61,198 nt of DNA, from assembly GCA_000934665.2 (NCBI GenBank), contig KZ538653.1:1-61198 (forward strand), read 5' to 3'. Of this stretch, positions 39,511 through 52,088 are shown piece by piece (within the stretch, counting starts at the first letter, position 1; the number at the start of each line of letters is the position of its first letter). This DNA is from Catajapyx aquilonaris. Its lineage: Eukaryota. The notes beneath the pieces are model-generated. The model searched no databases. It was not told the DNA's origin and worked only from the letters and a program-made list of their open reading frames with translations. The translations under genes were made by a program, and so were the position numbers.

Positions 39511-42500
39511 CACAATCTTGCTTAACTTACTTCAACAGGATATATGAAGTTATAAAGAATGAAAACCGTCAGACACTCATCTGTAATGGTGTATTAATTC
39601 TGAACTCTTTTGGTCGCAACTTTAGTTTTACCACACTATATAACTTGTATTAGTCAAAGCAAGATTCACACTGATGCAACCGACAATATACAGTTAAAAC
39701 AGTCAGTGGCATCTGATCTCCTAGCCGCCGAATTGTGTTAATCAAAGTCAGATCGGTTATAAAATGAATGAGTTGCACGACTGCATGCCATGGTTCCCGT
39801 AATGTAACTTTTTTTTATTTGTAAGAAATCCAGTCTTATACCGGTTTGCATCGTGGAGATAATATGCATCTTAATGAAGCTGAGTCAGAAAGAATGGTTG
39901 CTCAATCTTAGAAGCGGGATATCTGTTCTGTGCTTTAATGGATTTTTAATTTTTTATGTTAAAATGATCACAGAAGGCCCTGAAAATTATTCAAATGTTT
40001 TATTTCAATTGTTCTGGCAATAACAGGTGAGGTCATTAATTGATTGTTGCCAATAGTTTGTTAAAAGTGACAGCTAATTTTTAAAAACGGATCACTGCAT
40101 AACACCAGTTGCATCACGTGGAAATCCTTGAAATGATGACCCAATTTATAAAAATGCATCGCCCGTGGTAATTTAATTAAATAGTTAAGTCAACATTATG
40201 TGTTGCTTATAATCATTAACATCATCTGTCGCTGCCAAATATATTCAAAAAATGGCGAAAGGTTTTTAGCACCTTCTTGACTAAATCAAGCTCAAATTTT
40301 TGCAATTGAGTGAACGCATATCGTACCGTACGGTATATTTGAAAACTTTTCACTCCTGCAAAGATTTATTTGGAGACGCAGCCAAATGAATCCTTTACAG
40401 ACAATAACCATCATATTCGGATGCGTATGAGGAAGAGGGTAAGGACCATAAGACATTATATGAAGAACTGAAGTATATTTGGGAACCTTTTTTTTTTTGC
40501 ATTTTCTGTTTTCTGACTCGCTCTTTGCTTTCAACGGCTGTTGTCAATAATACGTCGTACTATACCTTATGAACCTTTCTGGACGTGGACAATAAAGTCT
40601 GCCCAAGTCTTCAGAAACATTTTTCGAACTTCTTCCCTATATCTTGAAACAAAGTCCATCGGCAATGTTTTCAAGTCCACGACATCAGTCATATCATAAA
40701 CAACGGAATCACAAATAATACATGAAAGCTCTCTAACTATTATTAAAGTGAACCTTAAGAAATGCCATAAATTTTCTATTTAAGATTATGTTGATTTAAA
40801 ATAAAGAATAAATGTCTCTCAAGCACTGATTTACCAGTACAAGCATTATGGGTTCGAATTTCTGCTTGTAGTTCACCATAACTGATGATGACTTCAAAAT
40901 AGAATGCAGACACGTTCACAGTAAGTAAAGTGGTTTTAATGTGATTGAAGTGCTTGCATATACGTCTTTGTTGGTCTTGTACTATAGTTGGCATTGTTGT
41001 TGTACAGGTGGTGGTTGTGATAATATATGTCAGTACCTCATCGATGCTGCGACTTTGCAGAAATACCGCCCGTTTATATATACTGTTCGTGACAAAATTC
41101 ATTGATCGCTTCCTCTATACGCGAGTGTCACATCGCGCTTGATTTTAAAGTGTTTTTCTACAGTGATATTTCATTACAGTCTCTTGTCCCAAATAATCAA
41201 CCTATTACCATAACCTTTACTAACGTCTCTACGTCTCTTTTGTCAGAGTCACGCCCTGGGTTTGGATTACACTATTAGTTGGACAGGCAATTATTGGATT
41301 CAAAATGTTGTCTATGCGAAATAATAGCCTATTATTTGACATAATATGCCACTGAGAAATTTTATATACTAATCTCTAATATATTGTGGGATAAATGCCT
41401 AATATAGCCCCCATTTCAATTGAATATTCCGCTACGCTGAGAACTGTCAATGGTACGGTATATCTATTTATGTAGGCAACAGATAATTTGTTCAATTTAT
41501 TTATCGTTATACTGATATTATACAGATAACCACTGTTTTCCTTCCTTGATGAATAACATCAGGTAAATAACATTTGTCACATCCTTGTAACATACACAAG
41601 CCAGATTTTCTCCCTCCAAAAAACCACTCGAGACCCATAACCTGCGGCGTCCTCGTGGCATATTCGGTTAAGAATACTTTTGGTCGGCTGGTCTCTTTTC
41701 CTGATATTCCCTAAAGAGCGGATAAGTCAAACGCAGAGAGTTCACATCTGGGGCTGGGGCGTGTTTGAAATGAGTCAGCTCTATTTGTATGTTCGGGTTT
41801 TTCCTGCAGCCCGGAAGGGCCGCTCTTTCTCTCCAGGGACTAGTTATTTTTTAATGCCGGTTAAATATCACGTAGCCTGTCGGCGGCCAATAATGAAATC
41901 GATAAGTGCTCGGAATGACTCGCTACCATCATCGCAATATGTGTATATAACACTGTTAGAGACTTGCCCTCCATCTCTGCCCATTTTGCCAAGCTTTAAA
42001 AAAATATTCTCATATTTCCCTTGTTGTTGTGGTGTTTCTTGGAAGACTATAACAACCTCATGATATCCTGCCATTAACGGGCGTTAATGGCAGCTGAAGG
42101 TAATATCACATTGCGCGTAAAATCAGCTTTTGTGCGTCACAACGTGATGGCGACATTCAGGGTCTAGGGCAGGTAATGGACGGTTTAATATTTCAGGGTC
42201 GATTTTTACCTGCCGGATTTTCTTTGTTCATTTTGATATTCAAATTGCCAGTTATTCACTAAATATATGAATTTGCAATAATTGATTAGTGCCAAACCAA
42301 GCACTGTACAGAAATGTTCATAGTTATGAAACGGGCTTCCTAATTAAGTGCAAGATGACCATAAAGAGTTAAGGCAGGGCAGTTGGTGTGGGCGGCCCCT
42401 GGGCGGTGTGCCCCCAGCTTGTGTGTCCTGGGCCGCCTCCATTCATAAGAGCTTCCTTTTCTGCAATGAATGGAAAGTTGTGGGGGCAACAGGATGAGGC

Positions 42501-43810
42501 CAAAATGGCCGGGGAGGTAGGGTCGCTCTGTTGGCTGGGCTGGCTGGCTGGCTGGCTGGCTGGATGGATGGTTGGTTATATACAGTAGATGGCCTCGCTG
42601 GCATCGATCAGCATCCAGAGCCCGCACAAACCATCCTCGCACACGGCCTTCCAAAAACCTTCCCCCACCCCCAGCAACCTGGGCTCATTCATGGAGAGAG
42701 CCCAGGCTGCAGAGTAGTTTGCAACATCAATTTCTGCTTTGCCTTATACGACCAGAGAAGATGCATCATCTTCCGAATGGTCTACTTTTTCCGGTTACGT
42801 AGAAAATAGCTAGTTTTTTTTTCCTTTTGGAATGGGGGGTGGTACTGATGGTTTTGGGTCGAGTGAGTGGACTAAAAATGGTTGGGGCTGAAAACAGCGA
42901 CGGTGTATGGCATACAGGAAGTTTTATTTTACAGAAATAGAACCTTCCATTGGGAACCGGCAAAGCTTGAATTTTGCTCTTGCTGAAGCTGCTGGAGGAA
43001 GTTGCGGCTGTGCCTGTAACAAGCAAGCCGTTAACCAGTATAGGCCTGTCACATCCCTACTCCTCCTCCTACCCCCTTCTCTCTTCAGCCGTCCCTGGGA
43101 GAGAGAGAGAAAAAATCCTGCAACGTGAACTCTGCAAACTCAGAATGCATTTTATCTGCAACCTTTCATCCTTTTTGAAATGGCACTAAAGGCGGAACCC
43201 TTTTACCCAAGCTTTTTCGCAGAACTCTTCGTCCAAATCCTTGATCTACCATGAAAAAAAAGATATTGAGGATGGGGATAAATGTCTTAAATTGCAAGTT
43301 AGCAACTTATATTAACATAGGGCATGTCTGTATGCATATACTATATGTTATCACTGCACGAGTGGTTTTTTTGTATGTGTTTTGCGAAGTTAAATGTAAA
43401 TGCGTAGTAGTATCCTTTTGCAAATACTGTGTGCCATTGTCAGTCTTTTTGACTAACTTCGACGTTAGTTTCCTGTGCAATCAGTTGGGATATATAAATC
43501 CACACAAGTTAGTGAGATTGTGGATAGTAATGGTAGCAGACAATGCAACTGATAGGAAGGGAGTGCTGTTTGTTATTGACATAGGATTTAAGCAGGAAGT
43601 TAAATTGTGACGAGTAAATACTCTATAATAAATTTTCCTGCTTTTGATTCTCATGTAACATACTGTACTTATATCGGGACTTTTCTAGATTGCGTTAGTG
43701 TTTTGACGACAAAAATTCTGCACTACTGAGTGAACATAGCCTGATGATAATATAACAGCCAATTTATTGTAGCCTACACCAAGCTACCATAATTGTGAAA
43801 CATTTTGAGC

Positions 43811-43981
43811 CAGTGTTCGCATACTGGTAGTGTTCCTATACCAACGTTGAGCAATATTGTTCTCCAGCCACAGTTGGAGTTACGACCTTTTTGCACAATG
43901 CGCTTACATAATATTTGCGAAACCTTTCGGAAGCACTCCGGGAACCCTAGGGTTCCACTGAACACATGTTGAGAAACGCTG
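43811..43981. mobile_element. Degenerate hAT-like MITE
   Basis: Right end GGAACCCTAGGGTTCCACTGAACACATGTTGAGAAACGCTG (16-bp palindrome plus CAGCGTTTCTCAAC TIR); weaker left end CAGTGTTCGCATAC; no TSD found. Confidence 0.5.
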
Positions 43982-44760
43982 ATCAATATAGCAGACCTAT
44001 CACTCTATCACAAATAAGATATCGCACCATCCTTTATCCTTTTTACATTGTAATCACAAACGATATGCACACCACTCCTGACAACAGATTATAGATATTG
44101 CCACGATTCTATACAATGTGCGTAACATCTATACGGTACCGTTTTATTTGCATTCGCCATTGTCAACTCTCAGTTCGCAAGTTTCACAAGGGACGCTTTT
44201 GTAAAAGGTCGAGGTCAGTCGGCCAGTCACCATTGTTTCTTCCTGACACCACTGAACGGTTCCATAACTATAAGTCGAGGAAATCGAAGAGTTTCTGCTG
44301 GGAACGCCCCGAAATGGCCAACGCGTGATGGGAATTAAAGTGGTGTCCCCATGAAGCATGAATGGGATGTTATCATCTCCAATTATAACGGCAGGTCTTA
44401 TCAAACTTCCTTATCTCCTAGCTTGAAACTCATTCAGAGAAAGGTGAACACTCCCCCCCCCCAAAAAATCATGAATGGCACAACAAATTATTCGCGCATC
44501 CAATTCCACCATCTAAAACTCTAAACAAGGGGGTGTTCCGTCTAGCCGATGTGACGACCATAATTTTTGAATGAAACACGGCCTTGCCTCCCTATACTCT
44601 GATTGAGCTCATAGTTTGAATCTAGCATCCCCCAGATGGCTCTGTACTCTGTGAATCAAAAAGGGAAAAAAAGGGGGAGGGGGGGAGGGAGTGACCAGGA
44701 GGGAGAGTAGGGCGCATGTGGGAGGAACGGATGTGCACCCTATGGAGTCACAGCGCAAGC

Positions 44761-44766
44761 TCAGTT
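44761..44766 (+). promoter_or_regulatory. Candidate initiator (TCAGTT) for the proximal Spred promoter
   Basis: Arthropod Inr consensus TCAKTY about 335 bp upstream of the candidate Spred ATG, downstream of a G-rich tract. Confidence 0.35.
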
Positions 44767-45095
44767 CCTACCCCCCATCCAAGCTACAACCTATTTCCTA
44801 ACCTCCCCATACCAACCTCCCTCCCAACTCGGGAACACTAGGGGGACGTTCGACTCGTTGGACTGGAGCGGGGGCGGTTGTGTGTGTCTCGGGGCTCCGC
44901 TTATAGTCGCCCCATTTCTTCGCTGGGGCTCAACCAGCCAGCGGGGAAGATATGGGTCTGGTGTATCGTGGGTGAAGAAGGAGGGTTGTTTTGTTGGTGC
45001 CTGTATATTCGGCCGGCTTGGCAAGATGGTGTGCCCCCTGGTTGTCGTTCGGAGGAGGTATCGTAGCGCCCTGGCTGCTGCAGCTCAACACAAAC

Positions 45096-45115
45096 ATGAC
45101 TCCCGGGAATGAGGA
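45096..45115 (+). CDS. Spred: Spred probable first coding exon (MTPGNE-D)
   Basis: caaacATG insect start context and ga|gtgagt phase-2 donor matching the phase-2 acceptor at 56442. Gives MTPGNEDKNYLVRVRAQ, similar in length and acidity to Spred N-termini. Confidence 0.75.
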
Positions 45116-46042
45116 GTGAGTATACAAGCGGAGGGAAGAGAGGGAGTAAAAAGAACAGGGGAAGAAATAGAGGGGGAGAAGTTTTTTCTGGATGGGGGAT
45201 AGGGGGAGGGGGGTCGTTGGCCTATTTTTTTGGCACTTTTTTGGGAGGATTGGTACTTAAGTTCATTCAGAAGGGACAGGTGATTGCATGTGTGTACTGT
45301 GCAGTATTGTTGTGTTGGTGTGGTACATGTTGCGGCATGCAGGGATTGTCTGCGTGATGTGTGTGGTTGGTGCAGACAGGGTATAGGTGACATTGTCTGC
45401 GCTGGAGGAAATTCTATGCAGATTCCTATCGGTGCACCTGAGTCTGACTAACATGAGCTATTTGTAATGCGGATAGGCTGATGTCGGGATGCCGACTTGT
45501 CTCTTCGACTGCGGCGGAAGATGTGTGCGTAGTTAACAGACAAAGAAACTGCGTCATGAGACGCATTAAATTTATTGGGGCCGATCATTTGATTTTCTAT
45601 GAGACTAATCGGCACTGTAAATGTAGTCGCTGACGTCTGTTTGAACCAAAATTGATGTATACAGGCCATTTCTAATTGTGCTCCTTGAATAAGAATTCAG
45701 ATGTTGCAATATCCTGTCGCAGCATATGGAAGTGAGAGTCTTGAACCCATTTTTTATCAGCTTTGTGTGGGTTGGCTGTTGCTTCCCTAATGCAGGCCCT
45801 ATTCTTCATACAAAATAAGAATGTTACAATGACATGGTAATGTTAGGAATGCAGAAATGATGATGAAATAGTGCAGCCTTAAAATGCTGCTTAGGAAAAT
45901 GTGGTGCAAGTTCAGATTTTGTGGCTATCTTCAAAACGTTCCTTCGAATGTCACATATTAGTGTAGCAGTTGCTTAACAATATCTGCAAGTAAATGCCCA
46001 GAATTCATTAATCAAACATGCTTGTGATTAATGAATTTTATT

Positions 46043-46375
46043 GGAGAGGCAGAGTGGCGCTGCGGCAACATATGCGCCCACGGATGTAATGGTCCCGGGT
46101 TCGATCCCAAGCCCGGGCTTTCCCCCCTTCATCTCGTGCAGAGTGGATCGTCTCTGGCTTCGTCTCGGGTGGAATCTCCACTAGACTAATCCACCTGGGG
46201 CAGTTCATAAAATGTACCGTTACACACATTGCACTTGCACATCCCCTCCCAAGTCACCCTGCCCGTGGACCTGGGCGTTTCTCTGTAAGGTTCCAAAAAT
46301 GTACACTATGTACACCAGGCCTAATGAAATAAAGGGCCGTGCAATACCTCCTCTGAGGGAGGTCCGATTTAACAA

Positions 46376-46432
<57 letters not shown>

Positions 46433-46442
46433 TATTATTATT
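46043..46442 (+). mobile_element. Full-length tRNA-derived SINE with (AAT)n tail and 16-bp TSD
   Basis: B-box GGTTCGATCC (46098); (AAT)n/(ATT)n tail at about 46376-46442; TSD ATTAATGAATTTTATT (46027-46042) versus ATTAATGCATTTTATT (46443-46458). Confidence 0.85.
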
Positions 46443-49378
46443 ATTAATGCATTTTATTTAACATGGGTGATGCATTTCGAGAGAAAGCTGACAGAATTGC
46501 TGACTTGCGTATTAATTTATGAGTACCACCATAATGTACGGTAATTTTGACAATTCCTCAGAACATTCTTCACAGTGTAAGGAACTCTTGCTGTTATGAA
46601 GAATTCATACGGGTGACAAAAATGTATCATCGTAGATGGTTTAGTTAGGATAGGAAGCATGTTTGTAACTACGACAATAATGGAGTCGCATGGCATAATT
46701 TTGGGACAAACGCAAACTTTCCACCAGTTGTTGAATTGTTGTTGCTTGATAAGCCACAAAGCTAGTTGTTGTGGATGTAACATTTGCATTCATGAGGCCT
46801 TTATATGGTTGGACTACAAGTCAATTTAGTTGAGCAAAAAGCAGGACCTAATTTATTTAACGGATGATGATGAGATTATGCAAGTGTTATGCTTGTACAA
46901 GGGAAGCTCTTAGTGCTACCGAGTAATTCGATCTCGTGCTAACTAGCCTTGTCAGCATTTTGTTGCAAGTGTTTCTATTGAGAGGCTGGTTGTAACAGTG
47001 GATCATCTCCCATTTATAACTTGCGGTATTAGCCGGCAACCGGGACTCGACAAGCCTGTGTGCACTGTTGGCGTAACTGTAGTAGTTTTACTAATAGAAA
47101 CAGCCACAAAGAAATATTTTGGTAACCACTGATGGCATCAAAAACAACCGCTGCGAGTTGCTATTGAAGTGTGCTGTGTAACATTGGGTTTTTAAATGTT
47201 TTGTTTTTCGCTGGTACATGATCTAAGCATAAAAATCTCCCCTGCGTAACTTCCACAAAATGATTCAAATTCTGACAGTCACACCCTCCCACCAGAATTT
47301 TATATGCATATTTATAATTATAATTACAGTAAAGAACATGTGCAGTTTGGAGTACAGATTTGGTTAGCAATGTGTGTTTGCATAGCTAATGCAGCATGTA
47401 TCCATTGTGAAAAACTAATATTCACGTAGAATACGTTGCAGGTGAAAGTGTTACGGGGGGGGGAATGAGTTATTAATGCTCTTCATTTTAAAATACTACA
47501 CATTTTGCAAATGTACAGTAGTAAGGCATTCATTTTTAAAAATAGGTTAAAACCATGCCACCTTTTCAGTTGACTGTCATGGTACTAAAATAATGGTCCA
47601 GTATGGAACCATTTTGTGTCTTAACTTGGAATTAATTAGTAGCACAAGTCATTACTTAACTCTACACATTAAAATTGATAGATATTGAGAGAATATGGCT
47701 CATCATTTTAATGTTATTATTTTATTAGTGGCAGTTCGTTAAACACCTACGCATTCAATACTAATATCACACAATTTCTTTACGCCCCGCGCTATAAAAT
47801 GTGACTTGTCACTACAGTCTGCCGCAGTCCGCCATCGATAGACACGTCAGCGCGATAAGATCAAAAGCTTCTCATTCATTCACCCCCTCAACCATTGATT
47901 AAACCATCATAACACACTTAAAAAAAAAAATCCGAGCGAATCAAGTTGCAATCATAATCTATCGTCGCATTTTTCCGTATTGGCTAGCTATACGCTGGCT
48001 GTGCCATTGTTACATCGGGTGCCGGGTGCGAATGTAAAAAAGGACTGGGAGATCAATGGAGTGTGCATGGTGTGAAACGGGGGATGGGGCACTGGATAGA
48101 GGGTGGATGTCGCATAATGATGGCAGCGGATTTGCCAGCTTCCCGGAGTTTCGGGATCCGGCCAAGTCCTCAATGAACTGCGAAACTCAAGCCTGAATGA
48201 GAGCCGCCAAGATGATGAATGGGGGACAAAAGCTGGTCGGAATTGGCCTGGCAACTTGTGCATCATGTAGGGAGGTATTGCGGGGGTGGTGGGGGGTTGA
48301 AAACAGGGTGTATCTGAAAATATGTATGTACGGGGGTGGTATGTACCCGGGGGGGGGGGGGGNGGGGAGATCCGGGCGGGAGTTGGCGGCCGATCGAAGC
48401 TAGTCCGGGCGGGCAACTCCGGGCCGGGCTTCGGTGCGCGGAATGCGGTTCTTGGAGCGTGGGAAGTGGTAATTGGTAGAGAGAAAAATGTGATGGGGAG
48501 GAAATATCTTTGACTATTCATTCATCCCATTCATGGTCCGCGTCCATCTGGTGCGGGTGGTTCGGCACTAGCTGGCTGCACCACCAGAAAAGCGGTATGA
48601 ATTATGGATGCGGATGTTCCAGACCTTGTGCCACCTTGCGCGCCCTTCACCACATTGGATGCTATCGGTACTGAATTAAGAGCAATTCATTATCTGATAA
48701 GTAGGAGGATCAAAAGCGGCGGTATTTTTGGGTTGGTGTTGCTAGCTGCGAGACCGGGGAAAATAAATAATGCAATGGTGGGCCCAGGTGCTGAGGGCCA
48801 GCAGGGTGGACATGGATTGCGCAGTAGTTGTCACTGGATGGGTCAGTGTGCGTTTGCGTGTGCGTGAATTCCCAGGTGCTGGTTTTGGTAATTTATTCGT
48901 ATGATAAGGTGTGTAATTTGGCGGAAGAAAGGCCTGCAAATTGCGGGTGTATTTTAGGAACTTGTAATAGCGGTGTCACCTTGATTTGAATTAGTTTTGG
49001 ATGCATTTTTGAAAGTTATTACATCAGTCAAAAAAAAAAATGGGAGCATAGGCGTCATATATTTAGGAGGCGTAATTTTATGCAACAGTGCCTCGGTGAA
49101 ATATGCATGTTAAATGTTTACCCACTTCAAACTTCTGGAAAATCCCACAGAACACAGTAATTTTATAATTTGTATGTGTACCATGGGAGAAAAATTATCG
49201 GGCTTGTAGTTATGCTTATAGGGATGCGGCGAGTGTGCAGGGGGAGATGCTTAGAATAAACCTTTGTATGGACTAGGACATAGGTGCGGGTTGCACAACA
49301 ATTCCTTGACATTTGATGTTCCCAAGGTTATTGCATATGCTTCCAAGCTCATATTGTAGTCACCTCTTTGCCTAAGAG

Positions 49379-49560
49379 TGTTGTGAAATGCGAAGCGAAA
49401 TGGGAAGGTCTTGTGACTTAGATTACCATACTTAAATCGCTCCAGAAACATCGGTGATCGAATAATGAAGTTGAGCAATTCGTATGCAATGAAGTCCCTA
49501 TGCTACATGTTGGAACTGTTCTCTGGTGGAAAGCACTGATTGTAAGAGATGAAATTAGTT
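49379..49560 (+). repeat. Dispersed direct repeat, copy 1 (about 180 bp)
   Basis: CGAAGCGAAATGGGAAGGTCTTGTGACTTA...CAATGAAGTCCCT...GTAAGAGATGAAAT is shared with 51895-52088. Confidence 0.9.
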
Positions 49561-50818
49561 TACTGCGTATAAACCGTCTCATCTGCATGGATATCACAAT
49601 CAGTATGGAAATGCTTCAAGTTAGGTTATTGTCGGTTCGCATCATAGGAAGCTATTTTCACAAGCATGCGACGACCTCTAACCTGAGGGTCCCAGCAGCC
49701 AGCATAATAGTCATTATTGCTGCCTTTGTTGAACACAAATAATGCTGGTGCTACGTAAAGTACAGTATTGTCATGTATATGAGTGTGTTTTAAGCCTTTC
49801 TATCTGCGGAGCATCGGCAGGACCGAAATAAATGCCATACTGAATTGCTTTTATTGTTCTGTCCCATTAGTTATGAGCTTTGAAATATGTTCCGGGTATA
49901 CTTGGTAACAAAACACATCTCCAACGTATTCACTACCGTCCAGGATAGGGTTTCACGGAAGTGCTTGGCATAGAATGCGAAAACCCACAACCTTTTCCCT
50001 CTGAACCGCCGACCTTTCTTATCGAAGAATTAATCGAGAGCCTGGCGATAATTGTGTTTGAGGAACGTAGTGGCGTAGCTAACTTTTTACAAGAAAGAAG
50101 GTGACACGAGAGGGACGTTGCAAAAGGGAGCGATGAAAATGATTTGTGCAAGTGCGGTTTCAGGCAGGGCTCCAAATGTGTGCCTCGCGTCATCACAGCC
50201 CAGCTTCTTTGTCTCCAACAACAACACCTCCCTCCTCCATCCCTTCCACATTCTAATACAGCCATCCGGCCTATTCTTCGGCCTTAATAATCCGGGCCTT
50301 CAAATATGTGGCGGCAGACAGAGGAATTGTTGTAATAATGTCCTTGTTTTCGGCATTTGCACGTTTTCTGTCGTGCTGGGCACGCCTTTACACGGTTGCA
50401 AACGACAAGGTAGGAATGTTTATCAATTGTCCAGGATATGACAATGGAAATGTAAGAATCCGAGGAAAAGGCTTGGCAGGGTAAGTGATAAAATCTAGGG
50501 TGACAATGGATGAAGCATCTTTTCCATATACCGCCACAATGATCAGTGGAGGTGTTACCAGTAATGCAAGATAAAAATTCACATTCAGATATGTCTGTCT
50601 ATGCGTGTAATGCGGAAATCTGCATTTGACATTCACAATCTTGTAATTTTTTAGATTTACAAGACGCCAGAAACCTGGGGTAATGTTTTTTACGGCAATG
50701 GTAGATGATGGCTGATTTTTTGAGGTTGCCAGATGTGAAAAATTAGGATTCCTATTGTATTTCCCCATCCAGGGTAACCAATGTTGCAAAAAATTACATT
50801 TATTAAATATAACTTTTA

Positions 50819-50906
50819 GGGCCGGTTGTATGAATATGAGTCAAGATTAACTACGTAGTTAGTCTATATGTAAGCAACAGCTAACTCAGGGTCATATAAC
50901 CAGCCC
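50819..50906. mobile_element. PIF/Harbinger (Tourist-like) MITE, 88 bp
   Basis: 15-bp TIRs GGGCCGGTTGTATGA and (reverse complement) GGGCTGGTTATATGA; TTA on both flanks. Confidence 0.7.
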
Positions 50907-51894
50907 TTAGAGAACAACGTGCAACACTCAAGATCGGGCGCCATTTACTAATGCTAGAAGAAAACCAAATTATCTAAGGTTACTGGCGTGGTCTGCGGCG
51001 ATTTCAAATAGGAAATATTGTAAAATTGCGAATGTCATGCGGATATCCGCAAAACCAGAATAGGGTAGGATAAACTGAGCTTTTCCTTCTTCCATTATTA
51101 GCAACAACTTCCAGTAAAAATTGTGGAGGTCCAGGAAAAAATGATCTTGGATTCTTTTGCATTGTTGTTGCATTTTCAATAGGGAAAGGAGTCCGGACAT
51201 TTCCACCTGACAACAACAATGAACAAGGATGAGAAATGGCCAGAATTAGCATATTTTCAGGTGGGTTTTTTTCACCATCAGTTGCTGGAAGCTAGGGCGA
51301 GATTTCATTTCTGCACTACTTATTTTCTGTTAGGTGCGCAGTTGCATGCCTGCCCGTTTCGTGATGGGCTACAATTTACATACAGTTCCGAGACCATCGA
51401 CGTAAGTAGAGAAAGATTTTCTCATAAACGCTACGTTGAAAGAGGGTGCGGGTTTATAGATAATCGACATTTTGAACAGGAATTGTATTGACAAATATCA
51501 GGCAGCTGACTATTTACGGAGGTCTCGTGTCAGTGCCCAACAATCGAGTTTTGTTGCAGTGCTCCCGACTATTTGTAGTTGAGGTCTGTAGGTGAAGTGA
51601 CTCGAGCAACGTAATGAAACGTACTACTAGTATAGCTAAGAACTGGCTTCCGATCTTTGCTCAATATACAGACGGGTTTTCCGGCAGGTGGTGTGGTGCA
51701 CTTGTGTATTGTTAAATTTGCAGTTATGCCAAGTTAGCAGTTACATGAGATATGATTGTGTGTACACACCCATCCAGGCTACCATTATGAGAAGTAACAT
51801 TTTTCTAATAATTTAACATCTTTATCACGACGCTTCGGTGTGACGTAAATAATCACAATCTTCAGCCAAGAGTCTAGTCAGATCTTTACCTAAA

Positions 51895-52088
51895 TGTTGC
51901 GAAATCCGAAGCGAAATGGGAAGGTCTTGTGACTTAAATTACCATACTTAAATCGCTCCCGAAACATCGATGGCCGAATAATAAAGTTTAGCAATTCGTA
52001 TATGCAATGAAGTCCCTGCTACATGTTGGGTGGGACTGGTTCTCTGGTGAAAAGCAATGATTTTCCGGGTAAGAGATGAAATCAGTTG
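51895..52088 (+). repeat. Dispersed direct repeat, copy 2
   Basis: Diverged copy of 49379-49560 with small indels. Confidence 0.9.

Noticed and set aside
40490..41100. THAP or transposase-like fragment (RRICKHF)
   Set aside because: A single short motif without the rest of the C2CH pattern.
46212..46544. 110-aa ORF with poly-Ile
   Set aside because: Translation of the SINE (AAT)n tail.
47793..47830. TATA box with downstream Inr-like GCAGTC
   Set aside because: Spacing is slightly off consensus and no linked exon was found.
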